Assembly: GCF_004010195.1 (NCBI RefSeq)
Contig: NC_057718.1
Coordinates: 105,462,493-105,521,210, forward strand
Length of the DNA stretch: 58,718 nt
Direction: 5' to 3'
DNA from: Chiloscyllium plagiosum
Taxonomy: Eukaryota
Part shown: positions 12,755 to 24,879 of the stretch, one piece after another
Layout: every line of letters starts with the position of its first letter
Numbering within the stretch: position 1 is the stretch's first letter
Program-made: the position numbers and the translations under genes
The notes under the pieces: generated by a model
The model's input: the letters and a program-made list of their open reading frames with translations, nothing else
Database searches by the model: none
What the model was told of the DNA's origin: nothing

Positions 12755-12920
12755 CAAAAAACTTTCACAACACCAGGTTATAGTCTAAAAGTGTATTTGG
12801 AAGCACTAGCTTTCAGAGCGCTGCTCCTTCATCAGGTAGCTTCCAAATAAACCTGTTTATTTATAAAATTGTGATTTTTAAACTTTGGCCACCCCAGCCC
12901 AAAACCGGCACCCCCATATC
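12755..12920. repeat. Internally deleted palindromic Penelope-like repeat with an intact hammerhead-like core on the minus strand
   Basis: Inverted arms tatttggaagc (12794-12804) and gcttccaaata (12839-12849) enclose TTTC...TCATCAG. Confidence 0.75.
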
Positions 12921-13904
12921 AAACAAAAATGGGAGAGAAAATGGTGGGCAGAGAGGGGGAAGATTGACAGTTTGAGAATAGGAAGGACAGGAGACTGTTC
13001 CAAAGTACTCAACACAAAAAGCAGCACTGAACATCTTTGTTTCAGTATTAGAAATCAATGGATATACCAAATGAAACCTTGTGATTTTATTGAACAGCCT
13101 TAATTTAATTTGGGAGGGGAGTTAAATTAAAATAATTTAAATACAAGAAACTAAATGACAGTTCAAGCTTAAAATGTTTTCATAACTTTTCTATAAACCA
13201 TTAAAACCAAGTCAATTAAAAACTATTAGCAGCCAATCAGTATAATGCGTTGTCCCCTTCAGGGTCTGATGGCAGAGTAATACAAAGAAAACATATAAAA
13301 GTTAAATAACTTTTGTCAAAGCATTGAGCACGCAGAAGGGAAAACACAATTAGAGTCCAAACAAATTAGGGCAAATTTTTTTGGTGTCACATTTCAACAT
13401 CTGAATAAAGGTATTTATTACTTCGATTCATTGCCAGGCTAATTTATATTTTGAAAGATTAAAATTAATAATTCATTATGATATATTTCACTGGTGTGAA
13501 ATACATTTATGCATTTAGTAGAATCTATATATTTTGCAATGTATAACTAAGGTAAGACCTAACTTTAACTTGTTCACTTCTCACTTTGTGGCTAGCAGCC
13601 AGAGAAGGTTTGCAAAGCAGGAAAAACACATGCATTGACAATTTGGAGAGAGGAAAAAAAAATGTTCTACCCTCAACACAAAGGAATGCTCCTTGATGAG
13701 ATCAACTTACCCAGCGTTTGTTTATAGTTACAACACCTAGTGGAAGCATGCAAAGGAAGTCCAATGGGAGCTGTTTACACTCCCATAGTGTGGACCTATT
13801 CCCCAAGCTGATAAAAACAGAACATTTGTATTTTAAAATTGGGGGTAATACAATGAAGCAGCAAATTCGTGCATTTAGTCAAAAAGGGAAAAAAAAAGGA
13901 GACA

Positions 13905-15295
13905 TACACAAGGTTTAGCAAACTGAAGACAGACGGAGGCCTCAAAAGAATACAAAGATAGCAGGAAATAACTAACAAGGAATTAGGAGGGCTCAAAAGG
14001 GTCTGTGAAATGTCCTTAGCAAACATGATTAAAGGACAATCCCAAGGTGTTATGAGCAAGAGGGGAGTTAGGAAAAAGAGTAGGCCTACTCATGGACAAA
14101 AGACAACCACGTGTTGTTGTGGTGTGTGTGTGTGTGTGTTGGGGGAGGCGAGGGAAGGAGAAGGGGAAGAGGGGCCAGATTCTGGCAGTAAGCAAGATCC
14201 TTAATGAATAATTTGCATGACTATTCATAAGCGAAAAGGACATAGGAGTAGTGAATCATGTGAGGAGAGAATCTTGGGCTGGTCAATATAAAAAAGGTGG
14301 CATTTAATTTTTTTTTAAAAATAGAGCAATAAGATAGACAAGTCACCAAGACCCAAGAGGTTCTATCCCAGAATGCTGAAGGAGGTGAGTGAGGAAATTG
14401 TTGGGATTTCAAAATGTTTGTGTCCTCTTTAGTTACGAGAGGTCTCAGTGGACCAGAAAATAAGCAAGGTTACGTTTCATGAGATCCATAGTGAGCTGGT
14501 AAAATGGATACAGAACTAACTTAGTCAGTCATTGAAGACACAGTAGCAATGGAAGGGTGTTTTTCTGACTGGAGATCGGAGACTAGTGGTGCTCTGCAAG
14601 GATCACTGTTGCTTCTACTAAATGACTTGAAGAAGGAGACTGCAGGTGGCCTATTGCAGATAACAGATTGGGATGGTGTCAGTAAGTGAGAAGGCTTGCC
14701 AGAGGATACAGCACAAAAAGGGATAAACTGGAGTGTTGGACAGAGGAAGGGGAATCCAGACAAATGTAAGGTGATGCATTTTGGAAGACATAATGCAGGA
14801 GGACACTTTTACTGTAAATGGCAGTAGCAAAGGGATCTAGGCATACAGCTCCCCAGCTCCCTGAAAGTGGCAACACAAGTGGGATAAGGTCATCAAGACA
14901 GACCTCAAATTGGCCAGGACCTGCCAATTTTATACCCTATACTATGTTGCAGCTATATGACCTGTAGTTAGGCATCTTTATGATGATTGCATACAGTTCT
15001 GATCACCACACCAAGGAGGATATGAAGGCTTGACACAATGCAGAAAGTTTACTACGATGTTTGAAGGTGTTAAATGTTGCTATTTATCTGTCCTCATAGT
15101 TGAGTCATCTTGACATATACAAATAGGCTGTGGGGTGGGTGGTTGGGGTGGGGGGAGGGGAGGTGGGAGTGCTGCTGTTGGATACAAACCACATTAAAGC
15201 AAAAAAGGTTTTTCATTTAGAAAGGTATATACCAGCAGAGGCTTGGTGGGTCAAAGGGCCTGTTCCTGTGCAGTGCCATTCTTTGTTCGTATTAT
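13905..15295 (+). mobile_element. Old, fragmented CR1 LINE
   Basis: Remnants of IK.NPK.F, GCFSDWRS.TSG..QGS and KCKVMHFG, plus a 3' UTR gggcctgttcctgtg. Confidence 0.7.
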
Positions 15296-17289
15296 AGAGT
15301 GCAAAAAGCTGCTGGTTCCATGGGAGAAGGGCCTCAGAACTAGTTTTTCATCTAACCACAGATTGGGTAAACTGAAGTGAAAGGGTCTAGGTCAATCAAT
15401 CAATCAGCCTAGAAGCAGATCCACTACTGCTTATTCAGTTAAGGAAAGGATAGGCATTACTGCAAGAAAGAGGCAAAAAATCATGTCCCCCCACCCCTCC
15501 GCCCTTTGCTGTTATTCCTGAATTAGGTGTGGTATAAAGACAGCAGTGATAGCTGGGTTATTTTTAATCCCTCCCTTCCTCTGGGCAGATATTTCATAGA
15601 CTGGCTGGAACATGAAATGCTCTTTGGAGGGAAGAGAATGTGAAAGCTAAGCACAGCACAGACTTGCAGCACAACCACAAAGTGAAACCGTTCAAGGAGA
15701 CAATTCATGTTTGGGCCTTTCAGGACTCCTCACCCCTCCTCCAGATGACCGTCTATATTTTTCTGCAAGGACAAAGATCAACAGACAAATTGCATCTGCA
15801 AACAAATAAACACTAGTTAATTTTGATAAATGTTCAATTTTACAAACTCAATCATTGGGTCACAAATCAAGTTATTGACTTAGAGTTGTCACTTGGGTAA
15901 AGTGGCTGAAAGTATAAGTTTGAAAAAATTTGTCAAATTTGACAATCGCTCAACTAGATGTACTTCCAGCAAGTTTCTGATCACCTGGAGTCCTGTCATT
16001 ATTCCTTGTTGCAGGTTTCAGATTGTGTAATACACAATACATGCATTTATCAGAAAAAATCCAGGGCAAATTCTTCATTATAATCAGTTTGGGGATCGGA
16101 GACAAAGTAGTTATAATAGTTGGAAACAAGGCTAGTACTGGTTTGGATCCATCTTTGGTTCTCGGCACAGGCATAATTGATCTGATGTAGGTTTGTATGC
16201 ATTGTCTTTTGCAATAAAAACCCTTTGAATCATGAACCACACAATTCAGATGAATACTAAACCTACAGGTACAATTAGTAATTGAACCTCAATCACAAAT
16301 GGTTTGATCTATTACTTTAAGAAAGTAAGTTTTCATTCTGTGAAATCAAATGATTGGACAAACTGCACCTTGATCGAAGATTTCTACATACCTAAACACT
16401 GCAATTGCTTCATGCCCTACAAATTGCAGTCAGGAATGAAGTGGTTACAAATATTGCTCAAAAATTTGCTCAAGGAGGATTGTGGAACTGGTTTGTTTGA
16501 GCAAACTGGAAGAACAATGCTACCACCTTTAAATTGTGAAAAGGCATGGCATTCCTTCATGCTGTACAGTAGCAGAACTGTGCCCCAGACTGTTTAAAAT
16601 CTCATGAAGCAAAGCTAAACAATCCAATATATGCAGGACAACTCAAGACAATGATTTTGATAGCTTTTCATTTTGTTTTATTCCTTATATTCGAACAAAT
16701 TCAGTACTTCAAAACTACTGGTACCCAAGGTGAGCAATATTGATTGGAGCAGTTGAATTGCTCCAGAGTTATCAGTGTTAGCCAGATATTAGCCAAATGA
16801 TACTCTACTCTTAGATTGCTGTTAAACCTGCCATTATTCTGTATTGAAAAGAAAGCTGTCCCACATTCAATCGGTCTTCTCTTCAAAGTCCTTCAAGATG
16901 TTACCTTTTAAATCTCTTCCCAACTTGTACCGAATCCAAAATCAGGATCCTTCCATCGGAACACTACACCTGCTAGGGTAACAGAACAGCCGAATTCACA
17001 AACAACATCCTGAAATGGTGATAGGACAAGGAAGCAAAGGTGACTATCTGTAGCTTTTGACAGTGACCGTATAGTTCTTCCTACCCCTCTCTGCTGGCAT
17101 CTAGCAGGACAAGACTTTCACCTGGCTCCATAGGCAGGGTCACTTGCTTTGGATTCTCTTCCTGCTCCTGGACTGTAATCTTCAGTATCCCCAAAAGATT
17201 TGTTGGGCTTGACTTTTTTTTTTAAATCTACACAATGCCACTTGGTGATATCTGAAGGCACAGATAGTCCTCATTTGAAGATGGGCACC

Positions 17290-17960
17290 CAGCTCAACTC
17301 CTCCACTTGTTGCTAAATTATCAAACCATTTATCCAGCATTTAGTGTTAAATGAACAGAAGATTCCAATTAAATTGGAAAGACTAAAGCCATTATTTGCG
17401 ATCCTCATTTTAAACTGTATTCCCTTCCCCAGCAATAATCCAACTGGTTATAGTTTATGTCACATTTGATTGAAGGAGAGCTTCCAACTTCATTGATACC
17501 CAATTACAGAGAGTACCTATTCCAACCTCTAATATCTCCTGACTTCACCCAGTCTCCATTCACCTGCTGCTGAAACCTCTCTGGATCTTTGTTGGTGTAT
17601 TCAAGCCCAGAGACTCGTGCCTGCTACCCTATCTCCCCTTTAAACTAAAGTTGTACAGGAGCAAACTCTGCAAGTTCCATTCCCAACACTACCATGTCTC
17701 CCGACCACAGCCCCTCCCCCCAGCAACATCTTCTCACCATTATTTAAGTCTACCTACAGTCCCTCCACTCCCAGCCCCTCAACCCAAGATATCAGCACTC
17801 CCACTCTGGCCTTGAGCACCTGATTCCTATTACTCCATCCATGACCATGCTCTCAATTGCTTAGACACCAAATTCTGGGGCCACGTCTCAGCTCACTTTC
17901 CTCAAGTTTCCCTTTGAAGGGTTTGGTAATTTTATTTAGCTCAGTGATATTTAAGGCGAT
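17290..17960 (+). mobile_element. Highly degraded L2-like LINE remnant
   Basis: Traces resembling QLN..KT.AI and a pyrimidine-rich L2-like 3' region. Confidence 0.35.
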
Positions 17961-18199
17961 AGAAATGCTTCTATGTAGCACCATGTTAAAACACTAAGTA
18001 TTTGCACACAATTACACTAAGTGTAACGTGCATTAAATATATTTCAGAGAAATTAGTTCCTGGAAAGTTTCTGAACTTGAAGACATCTAAAACTGTATTC
18101 ATAAATTTTATAGCATTGGAAATAAAGGTGTTTCAGGACACTGAAAATTACTATATTGTTTATAGTAATTAACTACCTCCTGACGAAGTTTTGTCAGGA

Positions 18200-18303
18200 C
18201 ACGCACTAAAGATGGTGACAAAACGTCTGGAAACAAACCTTCCAGCTCAGCGAGTAAAGCTACATCCAGAACCTCAACCTGAGCTACAAATCTGCTCAAA
18301 ACT
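18200..18303 (+). mobile_element. Penelope-like element terminal fragment
   Basis: ggtgacaaaacgtctgg...cagaacctcaacctgagctacaaatc resembles Penelope-like termini with a degenerate GAAACGTC. Confidence 0.5.
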
Positions 18304-18379
18304 GGAGAATTAACTATCTCGGACAGTACAGACTTGATGAGCTGGAGGGCCCCCTATGAATCAGTGAAAGTGTGACGAG

Positions 18380-19950
18380 GTGTAAACATTACAGAATTTC
18401 AGAGTTTCCATGGAGGGAAGTGTGCATCCATGGATGGTATTTGAAACTTAAGGGCAGCTGAGGCAACAAGAGCAGAACTGGCAAATAAGGATAAGAGTGA
18501 TACAGAGTGATACAGAGTGATACAGAGTGATACAGAGTGATACAGAGTGATACAGAGTGATACATTAAAAAATACACAAGATCTACACAGAGAAATTTCT
18601 AAAAAGGGAAGTTCTACCATAAAAAAAAGTTAAAATTAAACTGGAGCAACATATAAATCGTACAAAGATGGCTGGCAGGTCAGGCACCTGGATGAAATAA
18701 TGTAAAGAATGGCAAAAAAGATTGTAGCAGGGAAAATTAGAGTTTGAGAGAAAGCTAGGTATAAATAATAGCACAACTTTTTATGCATTATAAAGAGAAG
18801 ATAGAAAGCAGGAAACTGCAGGCCAGATAGATTAACTTTGGCCATAAGGATGTCCTAGCAGAGCACTTGGATAAATTCTGGTAATCAGGCAGAGTGAACA
18901 TGTGAAGTAAAATTACATATAAGTAATCTATTGGAACCTTTGAGGTGATATTGAACTTGGATTTCGATTGACAAAAAGGTGCCACGTCCAGATTAAATGC
19001 ACAAAATAAGTTAATGATGTATGGGGAAAACATTGGCATGGATAGAAGATTGGCAGACAGGAAACGGAAAGTATAGATGGAATATTTCTGCTTGCCAAAA
19101 TGCAACAAGTGACATTCCACAGAAATCGGTGGTGGGCCCTCAATTTTCTTTATTACATTTTAAAGAAGGTACTGGGAAAGGACAGAGTGTGGTCACTAAT
19201 TTGCCAAAAAGATAAATAGGAAGGCAAGTTGAGAAAGGAACATGGAGGCTACAAAAGGGATATAGATCAAGAGTGAGCAAAAATCTGACAAGTGGTATAT
19301 AATTTGGGAAAATCATCCCTTTTGGCAAGTTACCTAAATGGTGAGAAATTGCCAAGTTAAGATGCAAAAGGATGAGACCTTGTGCATAAAAAGATCAGGA
19401 TGCGGACACAGCATGGCAAGCAATAGAATTCCGCGGTTGAAGGTGATGGTTCAGCTATACAGTTCATTGGACGTTATTGGTCTTTTAAAAAAAAAAGGAG
19501 AGAAGTATGAGGGAAGCAGTTCTGATAAGACAAGCTGTCTATTCTGTCTTATGAGGAAACGGTGGACAGACTAGGTTTAATCTTATGGAGTTTAAGAGAA
19601 AGAGGCACCTTTGAAACATAAATCCAAATGAGAGTAAACATAAGAGGAAACATTCCCTTTAGGAGAAACTGGAACTCTAAAGGTCACTGATTAAAATAAT
19701 TAAGGGATCACCCACGTAAGAAGAAAAAAAAAGAGGATTGAGGGAATCTTTGGAACTCACTCAAAAGGCAGCAAAAGTTGAGTCTTTAAAAAGATATTTA
19801 AAGCAGAAGCAAATAATTTATTAAGCAAGCTGAAAGATTGAGAAGGCAGAAAGCGTCCATTAACAGAGCAGCAATCACCTTAACTTAATGGTGGAGCATG
19901 TTCAAGGGGCTAAATGGCTCCCACTGCCCCTAATCTATTTCATATTCCTC
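18380..19950 (+). mobile_element. Degraded CR1 LINE (ORF2 to 3' UTR)
   Basis: GKTLAWIEDW...TSDIPQKSVVGPQ remnant; 3' UTR aatggtggagca...ggggctaaatggc. Confidence 0.7.
18494..18564. repeat. Tandem repeat (AGAGTGATAC) x7
   Basis: Seven perfect 10-bp units read directly. Confidence 0.97.
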
Positions 19951-21146
19951 AGAAAATTTGCAGGTATTTAAAAAAACTATGTTCAAAATTGATCGACCAA
20001 CGTAACTCACTCGATATTTTCCCATTACCTTGTTTGAAAATGACAACAGTGAAAGTCCGTGTCCTAATTCAGACTGACTGATTATTGAATGCTAGAGTGG
20101 GAAGTGACGAAAATACTTTAAAACATTTATTCTTGCAATGTATTACACCGAAGTCTCTGACAATATTAAAACTGAAGCACAAATTGCAGATTAAACACTG
20201 CCGCCGTCAAAACCAACATCCATTCTGATTTTCTAAACGGACTTAAGAGGAACTAATGCTGCAGCGATAGCATTCTCAAAATTACCTGGGCAACACAGAA
20301 GCAAGTTGGTTTCCGCGGGACTCATGATTTCGTATGTTGGCTTTCTGATCAGCAGAACATATAATTAATTGTAGTGTAGATGAAGTCTTATTTGGTGACG
20401 TTTATAGCATCTTTTGCTTAATCTATAATTTAATTCTCCATCTACAAGCCAGAATTGTCCCATCCCAAATCAACTCTTCGCACCAACGAGATTGAGGGAA
20501 GGAAATAGAGCACTGGCCAAAATAAAACCCAAAGCATTTTGTAAAGAAAAACATACTGGCGTTTAAAATAGTGATTCCTGTACGTAAACAGATTTGGAAT
20601 AAATCAGATGTATCCATTACGTAAATGGATAGATTTTACATAATTTCTTTATACAAAGTATCCTTAGTCTAAAACTGATTTCTCAGCGATTTACTGATCT
20701 GTGATTAAATCAGCATAAACAAGCTTTCATTTCAACATTAGAAATGTATGTTTCACTGCTCCTCCCGTGACTTGCTGCAAAATCTGGTGACAAAACAAAA
20801 TTGAGTAAATTTGTTCAAACATTATGTCACTTACCAAAATGCGTGTCATATTTCCCAATTAACATCAATGAACCCAGTCACATGTAGTTCCTCACCAACA
20901 GTCAGTGTGGAAGAAATAAGGCGTAAAGCGAGTTTATAAAACAGTGGGTCAAATAGACCTGTCCTTTTCACTCTCATTAGGTGTTTACACCTTTATCTCC
21001 TTCCATTTTACTAGCCACGAACAGGTTTCGTTTTAAAAGACTAATTTGAATTTAAGATCGGTGTTCTCTCAATTTAAATCGGAGAATGTTTAATTGTTAG
21101 ACTGGAGACGGTGGTAACCGCGCTCTTTGCTTATGGAGGAAAGGGA

Positions 21147-21233
21147 CATGATTCGGAGATGCCGGTGTTGGACTGGGGTGTACAAAGTTAAAAATCACAC
21201 AGGACTATAACCTGGTGTTGAGAGATTTTTAAC
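21147..21233. repeat. Collapsed copy of the palindromic Penelope-like repeat
   Basis: ggagatgccggtgttggactggggtgtacaaagttaaaaatcacac is a near-exact reverse complement of about 10360-10406; a short opposite arm follows. Confidence 0.8.
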
Positions 21234-21706
21234 GAGGAAAGTGTGTATGTGTAAAATATTTAAACAAAAACAGCGGAGGCTAGAGACCCGAACACAAACT
21301 GCTGGAGAAACTCAGCGGCTGTTAACCTTTCCAATCGAATGACCGCCTCAGAAACGCTGTTTCTCTGTCCACACACACTGCCAGTCCTTGGGTTTGGGAA
21401 TGTATTTAAACCTGCTAGAAACTTCATCCATCGACTTTTGTATCTTCAATGCATCATTTTCAGGTTTTGTTTTCGTCTTTGGGTAGAAATAAGACATATG
21501 TTCAAAGTGCTACATTAAATTATTGAAACGTTCTGGTCACAGCTCGATACAAACCTTATACCAGCTCGAAGCGGTTAGAATATTAGTTCTACAATTCATC
21601 AACAACGGAATGGATGGGTTTTCAAATTCTGTTTTAGCTACTTTGTTATAATAACGAGTCCGTAAAAGGGCGGCGGAATGTTTTAAGCAGCAGGAAGGAA
21701 CTGAAC

Positions 21707-22242
21707 TTTATTGAAATCGCAGAAAGGAGAAGCTACTTTGCAGCTTTTTTCCAAAACTTTATCAAGGCAATTTGAAAAGTCCATGTAAATGCGATAGATT
21801 TGGGGATTAACCTCATGTACCCAACGTGGGCTCTATCCTCTATCTCCTACAGAATGGCCGGGCCATGGAGACTGTCAGACACTGCACTGAAGAAATGTTT
21901 AATTCACAAAATAAGCTCCATTTACTGACGAAAAAAAAACCCAGCGGCACCATCACTTACACAAAATGTGCCCTCCCCACCCATCCCTCCCAACTACAAC
22001 AACCAGAGACCAACATCGAGACAAACATCTCCATACCGTACTTCACTGGCACTCAGTTTTAATTAAAAAAGGGACATGAACCAGGGTTGAATTCGTTTGT
22101 TTTTCTCCGAAAGGAGGAAAAATTAAACGAATTCAATTCATTTAAAAAAAATGTATAGGTCAAAAATTGCCTATTTCCAGCCGAGAACCGATATTTCCAC
22201 CGGACAGAGAGCTCCCGTACATTTCATTCAATACACTTTATT
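21707..22242 (-). terminator. Candidate Otx1 polyadenylation signals (AATAAA at 22242-22237 and 21712-21707)
   Basis: TTTATT on the plus strand downstream of the stop codon; another occurs at 20126-20131. Usage cannot be determined from sequence. Confidence 0.4.
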
Positions 22243-22532
22243 GAAAGGTTTGAGCAGGTTTGTGTTGTACAATAATGTTGCATCCTAGGGCATGACAATG
22301 AGATTGGTTCGGTCTCAAACACCTACACTCAGCATGATCCAATTAAAACAGACACCAGCTTTGACTGCCAACACCGAGAAAAGACGGAGAAATGGAAATG
22401 AACCCAGCAAACAGTTAACAACGTTAGTCCCAGTCTGCTCTCCCCGTCAAATCAGAACAGAGGAGCAACAAGTTCGGAAAATTGGGTTGGAGAGTGATTA
22501 AAAGGCTCCAGACTGGAGCGTTAAACAGAGTT

Positions 22533-23240
22533 TCACAAAACTTGGAACTTCCAGGAGGGAGCCTGCTCTTTATAATCCAAACAGTCAGTGGTGTTGAAGT
22601 TGAGTTTCCAAGACGTGGCCTGCTCTTTATAATCCAGACAGTCAGCGGAGTTGAACGCCAGTCCTGGCCCGCTGTAGCCCTGGTGAGGATGGTGAGCTGG
22701 GCTTTGACTGAGGTGGTGCCCTGGCATTGGGGAGCTGCTCATTGGGCTGAGGCCAGTGGTGCCATGGGCAGAGAGTTGGTGGTGAGGGTGGTGCGGGTGG
22801 TGAGAGTGCATGGGTGCTAGGTAAGAGCTGCAGTCCACGCCGCTGAAGTAGGAAGACGAGGTGGGGTAGGCCTGGCTGTAGCCGCTGCTCTGGCCGTAAG
22901 GCAGAGGGTAGGCGCCGCTGGAGCCGGACGGACAGCGCTGCATACACGAGGCACCGGCGGCGCTGAGGGGCTCCGGAGCGGCCGCTGCTCCCGGGGAGAT
23001 GGACGCCGGGCTCCAGATGGACGCTGCCGCCGCCGGTGTGCTGAGCACAGAGGCCGGGTTGGAGTTGGTGCCGGGACCACTGGCCGAGGAGCTGGAGGCG
23101 GCCGGGGGCGTGAATTGCCCGCTGCTGTCCGAGCCGCTGCTCTCCCGGCCTGGGGAACATTTCTTCTTGGGAGGCCGCGCCTTGCTGCTCCCATTCTGCT
23201 GCTGTTGGCGGCACTTGGCTCGGCGGTTCTTAAACCAAAC
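22533..23240 (-). CDS. otx1: Otx1 coding exon 3 ([15 protein letters not shown]...SIWSPA...His tract...Otx tail WKFQVL*)
   Basis: Pyrimidine-rich acceptor ending CTCCAG|GTTTGG; open frame of 708 nt to TGA at 22535-22533; same frame as ORF 22533..23048. Confidence 0.97.
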   Translation of the reverse strand, partial: VWFKNRRAKCRQQQQNGSSKARPPKKKCSPGRESSGSDSSGQFTPPAASSSSASGPGTNSNPASVLSTPAAAASIWSPASISPGAAAAPEPLSAAGASCMQRCPSGSSGAYPLPYGQSSGYSQAYPTSSSYFSGVDCSSYLAPMHSHHPHHPHHQLSAHGTTGLSPMSSSPMPGHHLSQSPAHHPHQGYSGPGLAFNSADCLDYKEQATSWKLNFNTTDCLDYKEQAPSWKFQVL

Positions 23241-24354
23241 CTGGAGGCAGAGCCGGGGAAAGAGGAGAGCACAGAGAGACAGAGAGAGAGGTCAGACTGA
23301 GGACGGGAACTGCCCCCACACCCACCCAGCCCCTCCTGGAGGCTGCTCTCCGGGAGAGAAGGTCCTCTCCCTCCGCTTTAAGTGACAAGGCGCCGCCACT
23401 TACTCCAACTGCCTGCCCGGGTTTATAATAAGGAAACTTGCGGGCGGGGGGGGGGGGGGGGTTAAACTTGTACAAAGTGCAGGAGAAGCCAATTTCCATT
23501 TTCACTAAATCAGAGCATTTTTGAAAGGTCTTTCCATTTGCTCCATTTTTGTACAAAAGATAAAGACTTGAAGCCCAAATTGTAGCTTCACCAGCTACTG
23601 TAATGGTCATGGGGAACCTTCCCTGCACCAAAACCAGCTTTTTTTAAAGGGACTAGGTTCCTCTTAAAAGGGTGGAGCTAATGTTGATAATTGCCCCGTT
23701 TTTAAACCAAAAACTTCACTCATTTTCGTTGATTCTAAATCAATTGGATCAAATTAACATTTCAACCTCGCGCGGTCTAATAACGAGCGGTAAGAGGGCT
23801 ATTGAAATCAGAAATGAATGAGACGCCAGGAGAAAGATTGAGAAACTGGGGACTTCAAAACTGCTTCAAAAACAGATTCTCATTCGAAGCAAATTTGAAG
23901 TTTGGTTTTTTTTTGGGATACGGATCTTTCGTTAAACCGCGAAAAATACACGACCAGTTTCCAACCGGGAATTTGCCCGGAGTAACTCAAACTGGGAAAT
24001 AGCCCGGAGCTTTGAAAAAACCGGGACTTTAAACCCAGACACCGCTTCATGTCTCCAAGCGCTGTTAGAGAGAAATTTGAAATATTGTTATTAGTGTGTA
24101 TTTTCACATTTCCCTCAATTTGCGATCTTTGAAGTTATTATAATAGAATCTTGATTGATGGGTTTTTTAAAAAAGTTTTAAAAAGCCGTCAAAAGTTTAA
24201 AAAACCCCCAAACCCAATCCTTAAACCACTTTGTTGGGAACAGGGACAGTTTCCAGGCCGCTCGGCATTTCAAGATTTTAATGTTTCAGATGTTACCTGA
24301 GTATAAAAACAGAAACCACCTTCTGTCTCTGGCAGTTGGTTACATGAGGAATTA

Positions 24355-24609
<255 letters not shown>

Positions 24610-24782
24610 TCACTTCGGAAAGTTCTATTCCTTATAAATTAAACCCTCACAATCCCACTACAACCCAATCTCAAAACAAACACCCGCCGAGCGCTGGTGG
24701 AAATTCACTTTAAACCACTGGGTTTGGTAAAAGTGTGCATGAACCGGGAGGCAGCGCCGTGTGCGAACATTCGGCCCCTTAC

Positions 24783-24879
24783 CAGGATATCCCACTGAGT
24801 GATGGAGCAACTCCATGCCGGGGCCACTCAGACCGAGCCCGTTCATCCCGTACGGAGTCTGCTTGAGGTATGACATCAT
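24783..24879 (-). CDS. otx1: Otx1 coding exon 1 (MMSYLKQTPYGMNGLGLSGPGMELLHHSVGYP)
   Basis: ATG at 24879, canonical Otx N-terminus, 97 nt, phase-1 donor G|GTAAGG at 24782. Confidence 0.96.

Noticed and set aside
18494..18564. CRISPR-like regular repeat
   Set aside because: Head-to-tail 10-bp tandem repeat with no spacers, in a eukaryotic LINE context.
1..20000. WDPCP 3' exons expected downstream of Otx1 by synteny
   Set aside because: No recognisable WDPCP coding sequence found; it probably lies beyond the window.
22482..23385. Several long overlapping ORFs (22482..22820 +, 22642..23214 -, 22817..23272 -, 22999..23385 +)
   Set aside because: Shadow frames of the GC-rich Otx1 exon 3, with no independent protein features.
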